IMG/VR virus record: IMGVR_UViG_2687453464_000002
Span: 1 to 64,000 of that record
DNA length: 64,000 bases
Source: a virus
Taxonomy: Duplodnaviria > Caudoviricetes
Direction: 5' to 3' (one strand)
Each line of letters opens with the position of its first letter. Positions within the stretch are counted from its first letter, which is position 1. A program made the position numbers and the translations under genes. The notes beneath the pieces are model-generated. The model saw only the letters and a program-made list of their open reading frames with translations, searched no databases and had not been told where the DNA came from. Of this stretch, positions 39,136 to 49,810 are shown piece after piece.

Positions 39136-39933
39136 CTAAACGACCACACCATGCGTGTTCTTGAAGTAACGCTGAGAACGTCCGTATTGAACTTTCAGCT
39201 CATCCAAAGATAACACCCGGTCATAAATCAACACTTCGGCAACTGCCAGCCCTGTATTAGGACTTGAAGGCGGTACCGGCGGCAAGTTTGGATTGCGCCA
39301 GGTGATAATACGGTAGAGGCTTGCCGCCTCCTTTTCCGTCACCGAACGTTCAGCCAGATTCGCGCCTTCGGCGAGTGTTGCCGGGATAATGTCAGCGCTG
39401 GCAGAAGGTACATATAAGCCGCCCTGGTTACCTGCGCCGTCAACAGTGACAGCAGTAAATACAAAGTTGTTACGGCTTGAAGTCGCCTCAGAAGGCCCAG
39501 CCGCCGTACCATACAGTTTTTCATTGTAGGCTTGGCCGCCGATACTCAGTGATCGCCGGCGAAGAGTGACCACCGAAACATCCGTAATAGCGACACCTTC
39601 GCCGTTTGCAGATGCAGACTGCACAATGTTCCCTACGGGATAACCGAACGTATTCACATCAGCAGCCTGGCGATACACCGCAATCATCGTGCGCTGCAGT
39701 CCGTCCGGTACATCGGTAATAAAGCCGTTATCTTTATCGCCAGTCACAAAGAACGTGTTAAATACTGGCGTGCCGACAGCCTTTAACGTGTGTCCGTTCC
39801 CAGACAGATCGGAGAAACCATCCCCAAAACGCCATCCAGCCATCAGGCCCGGCACCGTGGCAAACGGCTCAAACAGCGGTGGTAATGTTGGGTTCTTAAT
39901 TTCCATATCCAGATTGCGAATAATCGTTGTCAT
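39136..39933 (-). CDS. Tail-associated protein, probable ConA/LamG-like fold
   Basis: DLSGNGHTL...VAEVLIYDRVLSLDE pattern. Confidence 0.6.
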   Translation of the reverse strand: MTTIIRNLDMEIKNPTLPPLFEPFATVPGLMAGWRFGDGFSDLSGNGHTLKAVGTPVFNTFFVTGDKDNGFITDVPDGLQRTMIAVYRQAADVNTFGYPVGNIVQSASANGEGVAITDVSVVTLRRRSLSIGGQAYNEKLYGTAAGPSEATSSRNNFVFTAVTVDGAGNQGGLYVPSASADIIPATLAEGANLAERSVTEKEAASLYRIITWRNPNLPPVPPSSPNTGLAVAEVLIYDRVLSLDELKVQYGRSQRYFKNTHGVVV

Positions 39934-39946
39934 TTCGTTACCTTAC

Positions 39947-42058
39947 TTAAAAAATTACGCACCAGTTGTGCAGTTTGCGCAGCACTCCTGCGCCGTCAGT
40001 GTAACTTTCGCCCGGTAAATCCCCTTCGCTATCACGCAGGTTTCCGCGCGGCCCCGTAGTTCTGCCGTTCGTCATTGGGTCACCGGCCTTACCCCATCCG
40101 TAAGTGACGATTTCGTTATCACGCAGTGGCCGCGAGGTTGTGATCCGCACACGGTCATGACCGGCAATATCGACAGCGGTAATAATGTCGATGACATCGA
40201 GCGAACCCTTATCCCGGATGTAGAAGCCCATGTTGTCCGCCGGCGCCACCCAGTCCGTGTCGAAAACCAGCGGCGGAGCAGGCACGTTGAAATAGAGCAT
40301 GGTGAAAATGCCCTGCCGGATTTCATCGATCACATCAAGACGATGCATACGCGTCACGCCCTCAAGCATGTCCCGCCGCTTTTTGTAAATCATGCGGCCC
40401 GTATACTGAGAGAACATGTAGTACGTTTCAGGCATACCGTGGATGTGGTCTGATGCGTAGTAATCACCGATGTAGCCGGGGTAAGCGATTTCCGTTTTAC
40501 CCAGCATTGCAGCGTCACGCAGTGCCAGAGCGACAAGCGGGTCACGGCGTCGGTACGCCCGGTGCGTGCTGAGCTGGTAGCTGATAAAAATGGGGTCAAA
40601 CAGTTGGCCGGTGATCGTTTTTTTGTCTGCCAGCGAATCGGCGATGTACTGCAGGTAAATAGCGAGATAGTCAGCGCGCGACGTCTGATCGCGATAATCT
40701 GATTCGCCCTGCATCCACACAACTGCCAATTCTGCAAAAGTCCTTCCCTCTTCTGCAGCAAGGCGTAGGCTGTTGGTAACATGGGCGATCATGCGACTAT
40801 AGGCCGCAGTGCCTTTGATCAGGTTCTTGATAGGTTGACCGCCGGTGCCGGGCGCAGAACCGATATAGGCGCAGGCCTGATGGTCAAAGGGCAGCCCTGT
40901 TTCTGCCTGGATCATTTCCACCAGCTTATGCGTCGCGCCGGTAACAGGGGTTTCCGCCGCCGGCCAGGTTCCCTCTGACGGTTGGTAACGCTTTTCCACG
41001 AGTGGCACCAGTGTGTCCGTGTCGGTCATGCCGCTGTTGTTATTGGTGCTGAATCCCTTGTTCCCATAGCGCTGTTCTGTGCTGACCGGTTGTGGGTCGT
41101 CGTTAGGGTTCGCTGCACCAAGAGACAACGACTGCCCCTCACTGCGCACCCCCATATAGTCATAAGGACGGAACGGTACCGGTGGAATATCAGGCTTTGG
41201 TGGCGTAGAGCCAATCACGGGAATATCCAGGTCAGTTTCATACCCCGGATCACAGGCATAAGGGACATAACCTTTATCGACAAACACAACGCCTGGTGGT
41301 CCAGGTATTTCAACAATCTCAACCCGGCCAATGATAACGCCGCCCATTTTCGAACCGCCGATATACGGCACGTTCTTTTTATCCGTCTGCGCCCAATCAT
41401 ATTCATGATGGTTGGCAAAGTTTTTAAACTGTACGCCGGTAATATTTACGTCACCGTTTTCTGTATAGTTAATCGGTGACACGCCGTTCGCAGCAAAAAA
41501 ACCGCCCCCGACTAATACCCCTTCTGTGTCATAGACCTTTTTTTCAACGCCATACCCCTGCGTACGCTTATCTACCTCACCACTCTGTGATAATGATTTG
41601 CTCGCAAAGTCAATGGCATTCTCAACATCACTGGCACCGGCTGCACTTGCAAACTCCAGTGCGGTGCCATTCAGGTTCATATAATATTTAAAACCTTTCC
41701 CCTCCCCCTGACCAACACGGAAGCTTTTCCCGAAAGGAGTACCAGCAAGGCCGGCAATTGTTCCATCAGGATCATCAGGGGTGATGTAATACGTGTTGGC
41801 GTCAGCAGTATTCTCCGCCCTTCCTGCGGCATCCTCAGCCCTTTCCGTCAATCCGTCCAAAACAGACTTGTCGGCAAAAAGTTTAAAACCGTCTACAAGA
41901 CTGACGAGATTACCGGAGCGATCAGAAACCAGCGACTTAATAAGTAATGACATTAATATTTTTTTGGTTCGCAATAAACCATCACCGTCGCTTTGAGAAA
42001 TAACAAGAAGGTCATCAATTAACGAATTCTCAGCCGAAGGAAGTTCCGATATTTTCAT
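39947..42058 (-). CDS. Tail spike with an SGNH-type esterase domain
   Basis: MKISELP anchor (AAGGA RBS; track start 42115); GQSLS, WMQGESD and DHIH motifs. Confidence 0.75.
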   Translation of the reverse strand: MKISELPSAENSLIDDLLVISQSDGDGLLRTKKILMSLLIKSLVSDRSGNLVSLVDGFKLFADKSVLDGLTERAEDAAGRAENTADANTYYITPDDPDGTIAGLAGTPFGKSFRVGQGEGKGFKYYMNLNGTALEFASAAGASDVENAIDFASKSLSQSGEVDKRTQGYGVEKKVYDTEGVLVGGGFFAANGVSPINYTENGDVNITGVQFKNFANHHEYDWAQTDKKNVPYIGGSKMGGVIIGRVEIVEIPGPPGVVFVDKGYVPYACDPGYETDLDIPVIGSTPPKPDIPPVPFRPYDYMGVRSEGQSLSLGAANPNDDPQPVSTEQRYGNKGFSTNNNSGMTDTDTLVPLVEKRYQPSEGTWPAAETPVTGATHKLVEMIQAETGLPFDHQACAYIGSAPGTGGQPIKNLIKGTAAYSRMIAHVTNSLRLAAEEGRTFAELAVVWMQGESDYRDQTSRADYLAIYLQYIADSLADKKTITGQLFDPIFISYQLSTHRAYRRRDPLVALALRDAAMLGKTEIAYPGYIGDYYASDHIHGMPETYYMFSQYTGRMIYKKRRDMLEGVTRMHRLDVIDEIRQGIFTMLYFNVPAPPLVFDTDWVAPADNMGFYIRDKGSLDVIDIITAVDIAGHDRVRITTSRPLRDNEIVTYGWGKAGDPMTNGRTTGPRGNLRDSEGDLPGESYTDGAGVLRKLHNWCVIF

Positions 42059-42129
42059 TTCCTTATCGACACCGATGGGGTCACTGACCACCTTTTGCTT
42101 TAACCTGCTAACCATGCTGCAGACTCCCG

Positions 42130-43257
42130 TTATGTTTTATCAAAGTAGCCAATACCATCATCTTTCTTTTTCCCCGATTTTTTCCCGCCCTTCCCTTTTG
42201 GCGGCTTGATATCCGTCGCCAGATTGAACGCGAACGACATTCCCTGTGAGGTGAGAGAAAACACCAACGATTCGACTAACCAGCTCCGATCCTCCACCGT
42301 GCCGAAGCCCTGGGTAATAACCCGGCTCTCTGCCGTCAGTGGAATATGTGCCGGCCGGCACGGCCCGCTGAGCGTCATGCGGCGCTCATTGCGGCTTACC
42401 TGCGTTTTTCTGGATTGCGCGCTGTGGTTGGCGGCGGTTTTGGTCGGCTGGGTGAATGGGTGGGATTGTGACGGGCCATCATGTTCGAGTGACTGCGTTT
42501 TCGTTCGCCCATCTTCCGGGTCAAAGTACGCGACACTGATTTTTCCCTTCTTCCCACCCTCACCTTTTTTACCGGGGCCAGTCGTTGCGCCGCGCTGCTG
42601 GCCATCGGTATAACTCCATTCCGATACCTCATCCTTTAAAATCGTTACGCTGGCCAGCGGCTTCCCGCCGACACTTAACGACTCACCTTGTTGGAGAAAG
42701 AGCCAATAGCCGCCGGACGGTTTGCTGATCGCATTAAAACGACTGGCCAGCCGGGTCATTAACGCTGCATCCGATTCATTGACCTGATCGAGGTGCCCGA
42801 CAGCGATGTCTGCCAGTGCGCCGGCCACTTTTGGGATCAACCCGTTGTCACTGGCGACAGTTTTCACAATGTCGCCCAGGTTCACGTCGTCCCAGCTGCG
42901 ACTTTTCTGGTTCAGCACGTCACCGTGCTGGCGCTGGGCGTTCATCGGTGCCGCCGTGGCATAAATAACGATTTTGCGCGGCGGGCCACTGCTGGAAATA
43001 CCGCTGACAACAAACCATCCTTTATCCTGCAATACCCCGTTAAATCCCAGCCCCAGCCGCAGGCGAGCGCCCTTGTTAGGGAGCGCCATGGTTTCCGACA
43101 AGATGGTGATCTGCAGTTCGTCGGCCTTTGCCGTGGCGCCGCCGTTATCCGTCAGCCTGATTTCCACCAGGTTCTCACGCATCACGGCGGTAATATCCCG
43201 CCCTTCCGCCGTGAGGCTGAACTCCGGGCGATATTCTTCTCTCTGCACGTTTTCCAT
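42130..43257 (-). CDS. gpD-like tail hub
   Basis: IRLTDNGG..ADEL; LDQVNESD. Confidence 0.85.
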   Translation of the reverse strand: MENVQREEYRPEFSLTAEGRDITAVMRENLVEIRLTDNGGATAKADELQITILSETMALPNKGARLRLGLGFNGVLQDKGWFVVSGISSSGPPRKIVIYATAAPMNAQRQHGDVLNQKSRSWDDVNLGDIVKTVASDNGLIPKVAGALADIAVGHLDQVNESDAALMTRLASRFNAISKPSGGYWLFLQQGESLSVGGKPLASVTILKDEVSEWSYTDGQQRGATTGPGKKGEGGKKGKISVAYFDPEDGRTKTQSLEHDGPSQSHPFTQPTKTAANHSAQSRKTQVSRNERRMTLSGPCRPAHIPLTAESRVITQGFGTVEDRSWLVESLVFSLTSQGMSFAFNLATDIKPPKGKGGKKSGKKKDDGIGYFDKT

Positions 43258-43258
43258 T

Positions 43259-43474
43259 TCAGTCCCACAATTGAACCGTTGACTCTGCAACCTGCGTTTC
43301 GATATCAGGCAGCGTAATGATCAGGCCGGAAGGGTATATTGCCCCCAGCGCTGCCAGCTCCCTGTTGGCATCCAGCACTTCCGTCAGCGTCTGAGGGAGA
43401 TTTACCAGACCGTAATGTCTGGCGCAGATGGCATCCAGCACATCGCCTTCATGGGTTATGTATGTCGTCGGCAT
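43259..43474 (-). CDS. gpX-like tail protein
   Basis: GDVLDAICARHYG...QLWD. Confidence 0.9.
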   Translation of the reverse strand: MPTTYITHEGDVLDAICARHYGLVNLPQTLTEVLDANRELAALGAIYPSGLIITLPDIETQVAESTVQLWD

Positions 43475-43925
43475 AATGTTTTATCGTGATCGAGTAGGTT
43501 TTCTTTCGCGGAGAACCGCCAGGCAGGAATGCCGGCGTGGTATCGGTAAAGTCCGTAATCACCCACCAGCCCAGCACATCCCCGGCGCCACTGACCAGCT
43601 GCTGGGGCTGGGCCTTGTCGGCGAGATCGTACAGTGCATCGATGGACGTTACCCCGTTGCGAAAAAAGGCGTGGGCTTCACCGTCCAATTTGACGTTGCG
43701 GGCTTCCTTGCCCGTGTACTGCAGCAGGTCCTGCTTGCCGATCCGCTCCTGCTCCTGCCAGCGCCAGCGCGCCTCCCGCGTCAGCTGGTTATAGGCTGCC
43801 GTGTCGATGGAGAATTCAAAGTCGCCCAGCATCATCATGATCTTGGCATTTTCTGCCGGGCGCCCGTTCGGCGCGTTGTAGCTGTACGCGCCGGTTATCG
43901 TTCCGATGATGTCTATATCGCTCAT
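43449..43925 (-). CDS. gpU-like tail protein
   Basis: MMMLGDFEFS...LQYTG...GWWVI. Confidence 0.85.
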   Translation of the reverse strand: MSDIDIIGTITGAYSYNAPNGRPAENAKIMMMLGDFEFSIDTAAYNQLTREARWRWQEQERIGKQDLLQYTGKEARNVKLDGEAHAFFRNGVTSIDALYDLADKAQPQQLVSGAGDVLGWWVITDFTDTTPAFLPGGSPRKKTYSITIKHYADDIHNP

Positions 43926-45550
43926 CCGCTCCAGCCTCCAGGCGCGTCATACATCGCATTGTTCCCGTTGAATACGTCCAGCTTGCCGATCTGCGTTACC
44001 GCGTTATCGGCGATGCTCTTGGCGTCCTGCCCCGGCGCACCATTGACGGTCATATAAATATTGTTCCGGCGGTTATCGGTGACATTAGGAGGAGTTTTCT
44101 TATCAGTGAGACCAACATTCGCCATCATTTCTGAGAACTTATTGATGACCGGATCACCTGACTCATTCCCAACGGTGTTTTCATACAAGGCATCAATACG
44201 CTTATCGAAATCCTTACCGTCCTTAAACATGCCGAAGAAACTCGTGCTTTCTGTATTCGCAGCTACGGCTTGTTTAGCCAGGTTCGGGTTAGCAGCAACC
44301 TGCTGATCAAACCACTCCCCTAACCCATAACGGTCGGCCGTCTGCCTGGCTATTTCCGTGGAGCCGTTATAAGCCAGCGAACGCAACACCTTTTTCTTAT
44401 TGTCGGCCTCGTCCGGCACAAACTGCCCCAGCCACCTCGCAATGTTTACGGCCACCTTGCTGAAGGTGAGCAACCCATTGCCGAACTCAATCAGCGCAGG
44501 TATCCAGGAATTGCGGATCGTTGACGCAATCACCTCAATACCGCCGTTTTTGAACCAGTCGGACAGCTCATCGGCCAGCTTGGTGACCATCGGAGCCAGG
44601 TCGCCGCCCAGCTTGCCGGCGATCTGGTCCACAGCGCTGCTCCAGACCGTTCGCAAGTTGCTGAACGCAATGTTGCTGCGCATCGCCCCTTCCGCGCCGT
44701 CACGGGTCACCAGGTTGTATCGCTTCTGTTCGTTCATCAAGTCGCGATAACTTTTGCCGGTCAGGCGCATGTAGGTCAGTATTTTGTTGGCTTCACCACC
44801 GAAGATGGAGTCCGCGTAACCGGCCGCCAGCTGTTCGTTATCCAGCTTCAGCAGGCGTTCAAAAATGCTCGACACCTGGTCTTCATTGCTTTTGCCGTAC
44901 ATATCGCCGGCCTTGAACCCCAGCAGCGGGAAGTTCTCTGCGATAGCGCCTTTCGTCGGGTCCTTCTTAAAATCCGAGACCTTATTGCGGTACTCTTCAA
45001 ACAGGTCTCCGAAGTTCTCCCCGTTCAGCCCCATCTGCTTACCGAGGCTCTGCCAGGCATTGAACGTATCGATGTTCACACCGTAGCTTCGGGCAATGCC
45101 GTATGACTCGGCGGTTTCCGCATTGGAACGAACAGGAGACATGACCGCACCGATCCCCGCCCCGATTAACCCGCCAGCGGCAGCAACCCCCAACCCAGCA
45201 CCAAGCGTCCGGCCTGCCCGGCCAATAAAGCCACGCCCCACAGCGCCCGCGCGGCGAAAGCGTTCAGCGCGCTGCAGGCTGCGGTTCAGCGATTCCTGCT
45301 CCTGCTCCGTCCGTTTGATAGAGCGCGTCACAGTGTCGTAATCGCGCTTCAGGCCGCTGACATCCTTGCCCGCCAGCTTGGTTTGCTTCATCCGGTCCGC
45401 CAACGCCTTTTGTTGCTTGGCGAGCTGCGCCGACTGTTTCTCGACGGTTTTCAGCCCTTTGTTGAGTCCGTCAGTGGAACGCCCCCAGCTTCCGTCGATG
45501 TTGCCGCCAAACGTTATGACGGCTTTCAATTTTTGGCTTATGCTGCTCAT
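43922..45550 (-). CDS. Tape measure protein
   Basis: Position after the chaperone; helical, Gly/Ala-rich. Confidence 0.8.
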   Translation of the reverse strand: MSSISQKLKAVITFGGNIDGSWGRSTDGLNKGLKTVEKQSAQLAKQQKALADRMKQTKLAGKDVSGLKRDYDTVTRSIKRTEQEQESLNRSLQRAERFRRAGAVGRGFIGRAGRTLGAGLGVAAAGGLIGAGIGAVMSPVRSNAETAESYGIARSYGVNIDTFNAWQSLGKQMGLNGENFGDLFEEYRNKVSDFKKDPTKGAIAENFPLLGFKAGDMYGKSNEDQVSSIFERLLKLDNEQLAAGYADSIFGGEANKILTYMRLTGKSYRDLMNEQKRYNLVTRDGAEGAMRSNIAFSNLRTVWSSAVDQIAGKLGGDLAPMVTKLADELSDWFKNGGIEVIASTIRNSWIPALIEFGNGLLTFSKVAVNIARWLGQFVPDEADNKKKVLRSLAYNGSTEIARQTADRYGLGEWFDQQVAANPNLAKQAVAANTESTSFFGMFKDGKDFDKRIDALYENTVGNESGDPVINKFSEMMANVGLTDKKTPPNVTDNRRNNIYMTVNGAPGQDAKSIADNAVTQIGKLDVFNGNNAMYDAPGGWSG

Positions 45551-45705
45551 TTACTCACCCGCTCATATTCGTCTTTAACAAAGTCGTAAAAGGCGGAAAA
45601 CGGCATGGATAGCCAGTCCCCCATGCTGTAATTCAGGGTGCGGCCAACCAGCCTCAAGGCTTGTCGGATGTCGCCTTCAGACGCTCCCCAGGAGGCAGCA
45701 AAAAA
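45547..45705 (-). other. Programmed -1 frameshift and chaperone extension (E+E'-like)
   Basis: Minus-strand TTTTTTG at 45699-45705; the -1 frame stays open (...DWLSMPFSAF...) to a stop overlapping the TMP start. Confidence 0.75.
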
Positions 45706-45953
45706 TTGTTCCAGGCCGCCTCAAGCTGGTAATAGTCAGCTGCAGTCAGTTGATAGACGTCCTCAACATTCATGCCGCACAGATCGGCCAGCATGCCGAT
45801 TTCCTTTTCTGCATCGCTCCCCGGGCGTTTGACATACTCGATGCGGTCACGCACCAGCGGTTCGCGCATCGTGACTTTCTCAAGCTTGCTGCCATCGGCC
45901 AGCGTCAGCGGGGAGTACAGTTTGATTTCTACGTTGCTGCCTGGGTAATTCAT
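45654..45953 (-). CDS. Tail assembly chaperone (gpE-like)
   Basis: VTMREPLVRD...LTAADY. Confidence 0.85.
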   Translation of the reverse strand: MNYPGSNVEIKLYSPLTLADGSKLEKVTMREPLVRDRIEYVKRPGSDAEKEIGMLADLCGMNVEDVYQLTAADYYQLEAAWNNFLLPPGERLKATSDKP

Positions 45954-46010
45954 GGTATTGCTCCAATAAAAAAGCGGCACAAAGGCCGCTTAATGGTTGT
46001 TGAGTGGGGA

Positions 46011-46517
46011 TTAGATGCGGATTTTGCTGCGCAGGCCGCCCAGCTGATCCACGCCGTTCACACGGCGGATAAAACGCTCGGTGTCGATTTCAAACAGCTC
46101 CATACCGTCGCGCGTCTGCTTGTAATAGCTCATCGCAATCTCAACCGTGATCGCCGTTTCCCCCATGTTTTCATTGCCCCGCGCATCCGGCGTGACCTTT
46201 GAGACGAACCCTTCAATCTCTTCGATCGTGCCGACTGCCCGGCCGTTACTCAGATAGCCCTGATACGCCATAAAGCGCGGGCGGCTACCGGAGATAAAGC
46301 CAAATCGGCTCAACACGTCGGTATCAATGCCCCAGAACTTGATAGAGCACGTCAGCGCCTCCATGCCATCATCCAGCGGGGTCGGTGCATCCTGGGCACC
46401 GGTGCGCAGCTGGGTGGTGACAATGGACAGCTCCGGCGGCGTAAACTCATGCGCGCCGGTAACACGGAAGCCGCCGGCAAAAATGGTCCATGCCCGTAAC
46501 GTATTTTTTTCGCTCAT
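46011..46517 (-). CDS. Tail tube (FII-like)
   Basis: FTPPEL...GMEAL...YYKQ...NGVDQL. Confidence 0.88.
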   Translation of the reverse strand: MSEKNTLRAWTIFAGGFRVTGAHEFTPPELSIVTTQLRTGAQDAPTPLDDGMEALTCSIKFWGIDTDVLSRFGFISGSRPRFMAYQGYLSNGRAVGTIEEIEGFVSKVTPDARGNENMGETAITVEIAMSYYKQTRDGMELFEIDTERFIRRVNGVDQLGGLRSKIRI

Positions 46518-48040
46518 TGTGCGGTCATCTCCTCAACGGCGTAATCATTATTGATGCGCACACGCATGGTGATGCGCTCTGTCGGCGACTTCGGCCCGAA
46601 GTCATAGTTGATATACAGCACACCAGCGGCCAGGGATTCCGCCGTGTTCAGTTCTTCGTCCAGCCACGCAGTACCGCCAAAGATGGCACCCAGGCCAACA
46701 AGCTGGCGCAGGTATGCGTTCACTGTGCCGAGAATGTCATCAGCCGTCTCTTTATCAAGCGGTCGGTCGTTATAAATCATGACCGTGTTCTGGATACTGT
46801 CTTCGATAACGTCTGCAGTGCGGCGGACCGACTCGAAACGCCACTGGGGGTGATCGATGCACAGGCGGTTGCCCCAATGCTTGTACCCCGTGCGGCGGAT
46901 GATGGTGCTGACGTTCTGCATGTTCAGCAGGTTTGCTTCACAGTTCGGATCGCCGAGAATAAACTCGTCAACCTGCTCAAGGCCGAGAATGCTGTTGATG
47001 TCCTGATTGGACTTGCTCCACCACCAGCCTTTCTCCAGATCGATGCGCGCCCGCAGGCCAGCCGCAAAGGCGGAATACGGCCGGAACTCCAGCTCGCCGC
47101 TGGCATTCACTTTTTGCACCCGAGGCCGCAGCAGTTCGACGCGACCACCGTACATCTGCCGGCGCTGCACTACTTCCGGCAACGTTGCCATCGAGGCGCA
47201 GTCCAAATAAGCCACGGCGCGGAGTTTTTCGGCTGCCGTTTCCAGCCCTTTGCCGATACCGTCATCTTCACTGAACCCCGGCGCAATCAAGATGCGAGGG
47301 CGATAACCGTTGACCGATTCACTGGATGACCAGGCGTTGATCCCCGCCAGGATATTCGCGCGGATATCGATATTGAAAATCTGATCAGACAGCAGGCGCT
47401 GTTCATCCTCGGCGGTGATCGGCTCTTTTTCTTCGGTGGAGACGGTGACCGGCTGTTCATTATCTTCAACGCGCACAATGACGATCAGCGCGTTGGTCTG
47501 GTCGGCAATCTCCTGCACGGCCGGCGGGATAGTTCCTGCACTGCCCAGCGCCCGCATCTGCGTACCACCAACAACGGCTACCGGTGTGTTGAGTGGAAAG
47601 GGTTCATCCTGCCCGCCGGACAGCACCACGCTAAACGGGCTGACCTTCCCGGTGTCGGCGCCTGGCAATACGGTGACCAGGCTGTCAGTCAGTGCCAGAA
47701 CCGCGTCGGACACCTCTTGCGCGGTGGCGGTGAGTTTGCCGTCAGCATCGCTGGCCAGCAGAATTTCCAGCACGCCTCGCGCATAGGTAGCACTGGTTTT
47801 TCCGCCGGCCGGCGCTACAACAGCGGTCACGCGGAGCTGGTTACCCGCCCGCCCCGGCTGCGAGGCCGTAAACGTCAGCTCATTATCCAGCAGCGCAGTC
47901 CCGGTGACGGCCTGCGCCTTGGTTCCCGGCGATGCGTCCGGGGCTGTACCCACCAGGCCGATAACCGCAGTCTGGATCGTGGTAACGGCAACCGTCCCAC
48001 TTGTCAGTTCAATTGTTTCTACGCCGTGCAATTCGGCCAT
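46514..48040 (-). CDS. Tail sheath (FI-like)
   Basis: LHGVETIE...PRILIAPG...GWWWSKSN...WGNR. Confidence 0.92.
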   Translation of the reverse strand: MAELHGVETIELTSGTVAVTTIQTAVIGLVGTAPDASPGTKAQAVTGTALLDNELTFTASQPGRAGNQLRVTAVVAPAGGKTSATYARGVLEILLASDADGKLTATAQEVSDAVLALTDSLVTVLPGADTGKVSPFSVVLSGGQDEPFPLNTPVAVVGGTQMRALGSAGTIPPAVQEIADQTNALIVIVRVEDNEQPVTVSTEEKEPITAEDEQRLLSDQIFNIDIRANILAGINAWSSSESVNGYRPRILIAPGFSEDDGIGKGLETAAEKLRAVAYLDCASMATLPEVVQRRQMYGGRVELLRPRVQKVNASGELEFRPYSAFAAGLRARIDLEKGWWWSKSNQDINSILGLEQVDEFILGDPNCEANLLNMQNVSTIIRRTGYKHWGNRLCIDHPQWRFESVRRTADVIEDSIQNTVMIYNDRPLDKETADDILGTVNAYLRQLVGLGAIFGGTAWLDEELNTAESLAAGVLYINYDFGPKSPTERITMRVRINNDYAVEEMTAQ

Positions 48041-48079
48041 AGTATCCTCCAGGCATAAAAAAACCCGCTCGATGGCGGG

Positions 48080-48661
48080 TCATTGTTTAATTGGGGTTGG
48101 TCGGGTTGGCCAGGAGATATCCGGCGCCTGATTAACATCGATGCGGCTTAGCGCCAACCGGTATTTTTTCCACTCTGTCAGTGATTCCTGCTCAGCGTCT
48201 GTCGCGTCGCCGAACTCTACCGCGTCCTGCAGCGGTGCAATGGCTTCAGCGGCTTCAGCGCTACGTTGCGCCAGTTCATTCTTTGCAATTTGAAGCTGCT
48301 CGCTCTGCGCCTTGGCTTCGTCCGTTACCCATTTCTCACCGTCCCACGTGTCATACGGTGTGTTCGGCGGCGTAAACGTACAACCGTCAGGCAAAGGGCC
48401 GACCTCAAACATGATGTGTTTATTCGCCTGAGCATCCCAGTACGGTGAGCCTCGGTAATCATTAACATACTGCCATTGCCCATCATTCCAGACGCCAGCC
48501 TGGCCGGTTTTCGGAGCGCACTTCGTTGTCGTGCAGTTGGCTGGTAATCCGGTGTGTGGCGCGACATAAAAATTCAGGGTGCCAGTAAAAACGTTATTTT
48601 CATCGAAATTGTAAATCCACAACCAGCGCGGCTGGGCAGAAAACTCAAAGTCTGTGCTCAT
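48080..48661 (-). CDS. Tail fibre assembly chaperone (Tfa-like)
   Basis: GLPANCT...WDGEKWVTD...WKKYR...WP. Confidence 0.88.
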   Translation of the reverse strand: MSTDFEFSAQPRWLWIYNFDENNVFTGTLNFYVAPHTGLPANCTTTKCAPKTGQAGVWNDGQWQYVNDYRGSPYWDAQANKHIMFEVGPLPDGCTFTPPNTPYDTWDGEKWVTDEAKAQSEQLQIAKNELAQRSAEAAEAIAPLQDAVEFGDATDAEQESLTEWKKYRLALSRIDVNQAPDISWPTRPTPIKQ

Positions 48662-49806
48662 TATGCAAGCCTCACGATATAGTTAAATGCAATGTTTTTG
48701 ACGGTGGTTTCCGGGTTGCCGTCCGGGTTTATGCGACCGCCGTGGCTGTGCCAACCTATCGGGACATCGTGCGTATGAGACGGCAGAGGTTCAATCAAGC
48801 CAAAGTCAGCGAAACCTCTTTCCTGGTCAATGCTGTGGCGTGAACTTTCTCCGCCGTCCAGAGAGGTGTTAGAGCGGTATGAGCGTAATTTCAGCTGATA
48901 AGCGCCGCCCGGCGTAGTCTGCCTGGTGCCCAGGTCAGTGCCATCAATCTCCAGTCCATGCCCGTGATATTTGTTGCCGTCGGCCTCAAAGGTCAGCAGC
49001 TCGCGACCGTCCGGTTTGCCCTTAATCGTATTACCGCGCATATCCGGCAACACGCCGGACGGATAGGCTTGCGCAAGGCGCGGGTAAATGGCCTTATCAA
49101 ATCCCTGGCCTAACATGAATGCATAACCGGGGGGAGGTGAGCTTAACGGCCAGGAGATTGGCGCCCCTACAGGCATCAACGGGGCTGAACCGACATAAAC
49201 GTCATCATTGACCGTCAACGATCCAATTTGTGCCGTTTTGGCAATGGATAGCGTGTTTGCGCCAAGTGCTCCACCGATACTCACTTCGCCATCGACAGCA
49301 ATATTATTTTGGACATGTAATTTTCCGGACATAACGTCACCGGATTGTTTCACATATCGCTTATCTGCCTCTGAAATGGTTAACGCGGAGACATTGGGAT
49401 CGACCTCAATCACCACGCTCTCAGCATGCGTCAGTGTCATCACGAAGTTAATGATGATCTCTTTCATCACCGGCGCACCGTCCGCCGGCAATACCGTGTC
49501 CGGGTAATCACCGTACGCCACCAGCACACCGTCGGCACTGACCAGCCCTACTTCTCGCAGAACTTTGCCGGGATACTTCCTCGCTTCGATAACGGTCTGA
49601 CCGCTAATCATTCCTTCCGTTGATGCCCCGCCGGTAAAGGGCGCATCGCCGAACTTGTTCACCAATGCCGTCGCGCCGGGATTCGGGGTTATTGGTTTAC
49701 CGCCACCGTCACCAAACGCCGCCAGCGTAATTTTTATGACGGTTCCCGCCTGGTAAGCGGCCTCGATCGCCGCCGCGCCGGCAGTCGTCAGAATAAGACC
49801 ACTCAT
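48661..49806 (-). CDS. Tail fibre with collar domain
   Basis: LTTAG...FGDGGG anchor; PVGAPISWP...LPDMRG collar; [16 protein letters not shown] end. Confidence 0.9.
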   Translation of the reverse strand: MSGLILTTAGAAAIEAAYQAGTVIKITLAAFGDGGGKPITPNPGATALVNKFGDAPFTGGASTEGMISGQTVIEARKYPGKVLREVGLVSADGVLVAYGDYPDTVLPADGAPVMKEIIINFVMTLTHAESVVIEVDPNVSALTISEADKRYVKQSGDVMSGKLHVQNNIAVDGEVSIGGALGANTLSIAKTAQIGSLTVNDDVYVGSAPLMPVGAPISWPLSSPPPGYAFMLGQGFDKAIYPRLAQAYPSGVLPDMRGNTIKGKPDGRELLTFEADGNKYHGHGLEIDGTDLGTRQTTPGGAYQLKLRSYRSNTSLDGGESSRHSIDQERGFADFGLIEPLPSHTHDVPIGWHSHGGRINPDGNPETTVKNIAFNYIVRLA

Positions 49807-49810
49807 TAAG

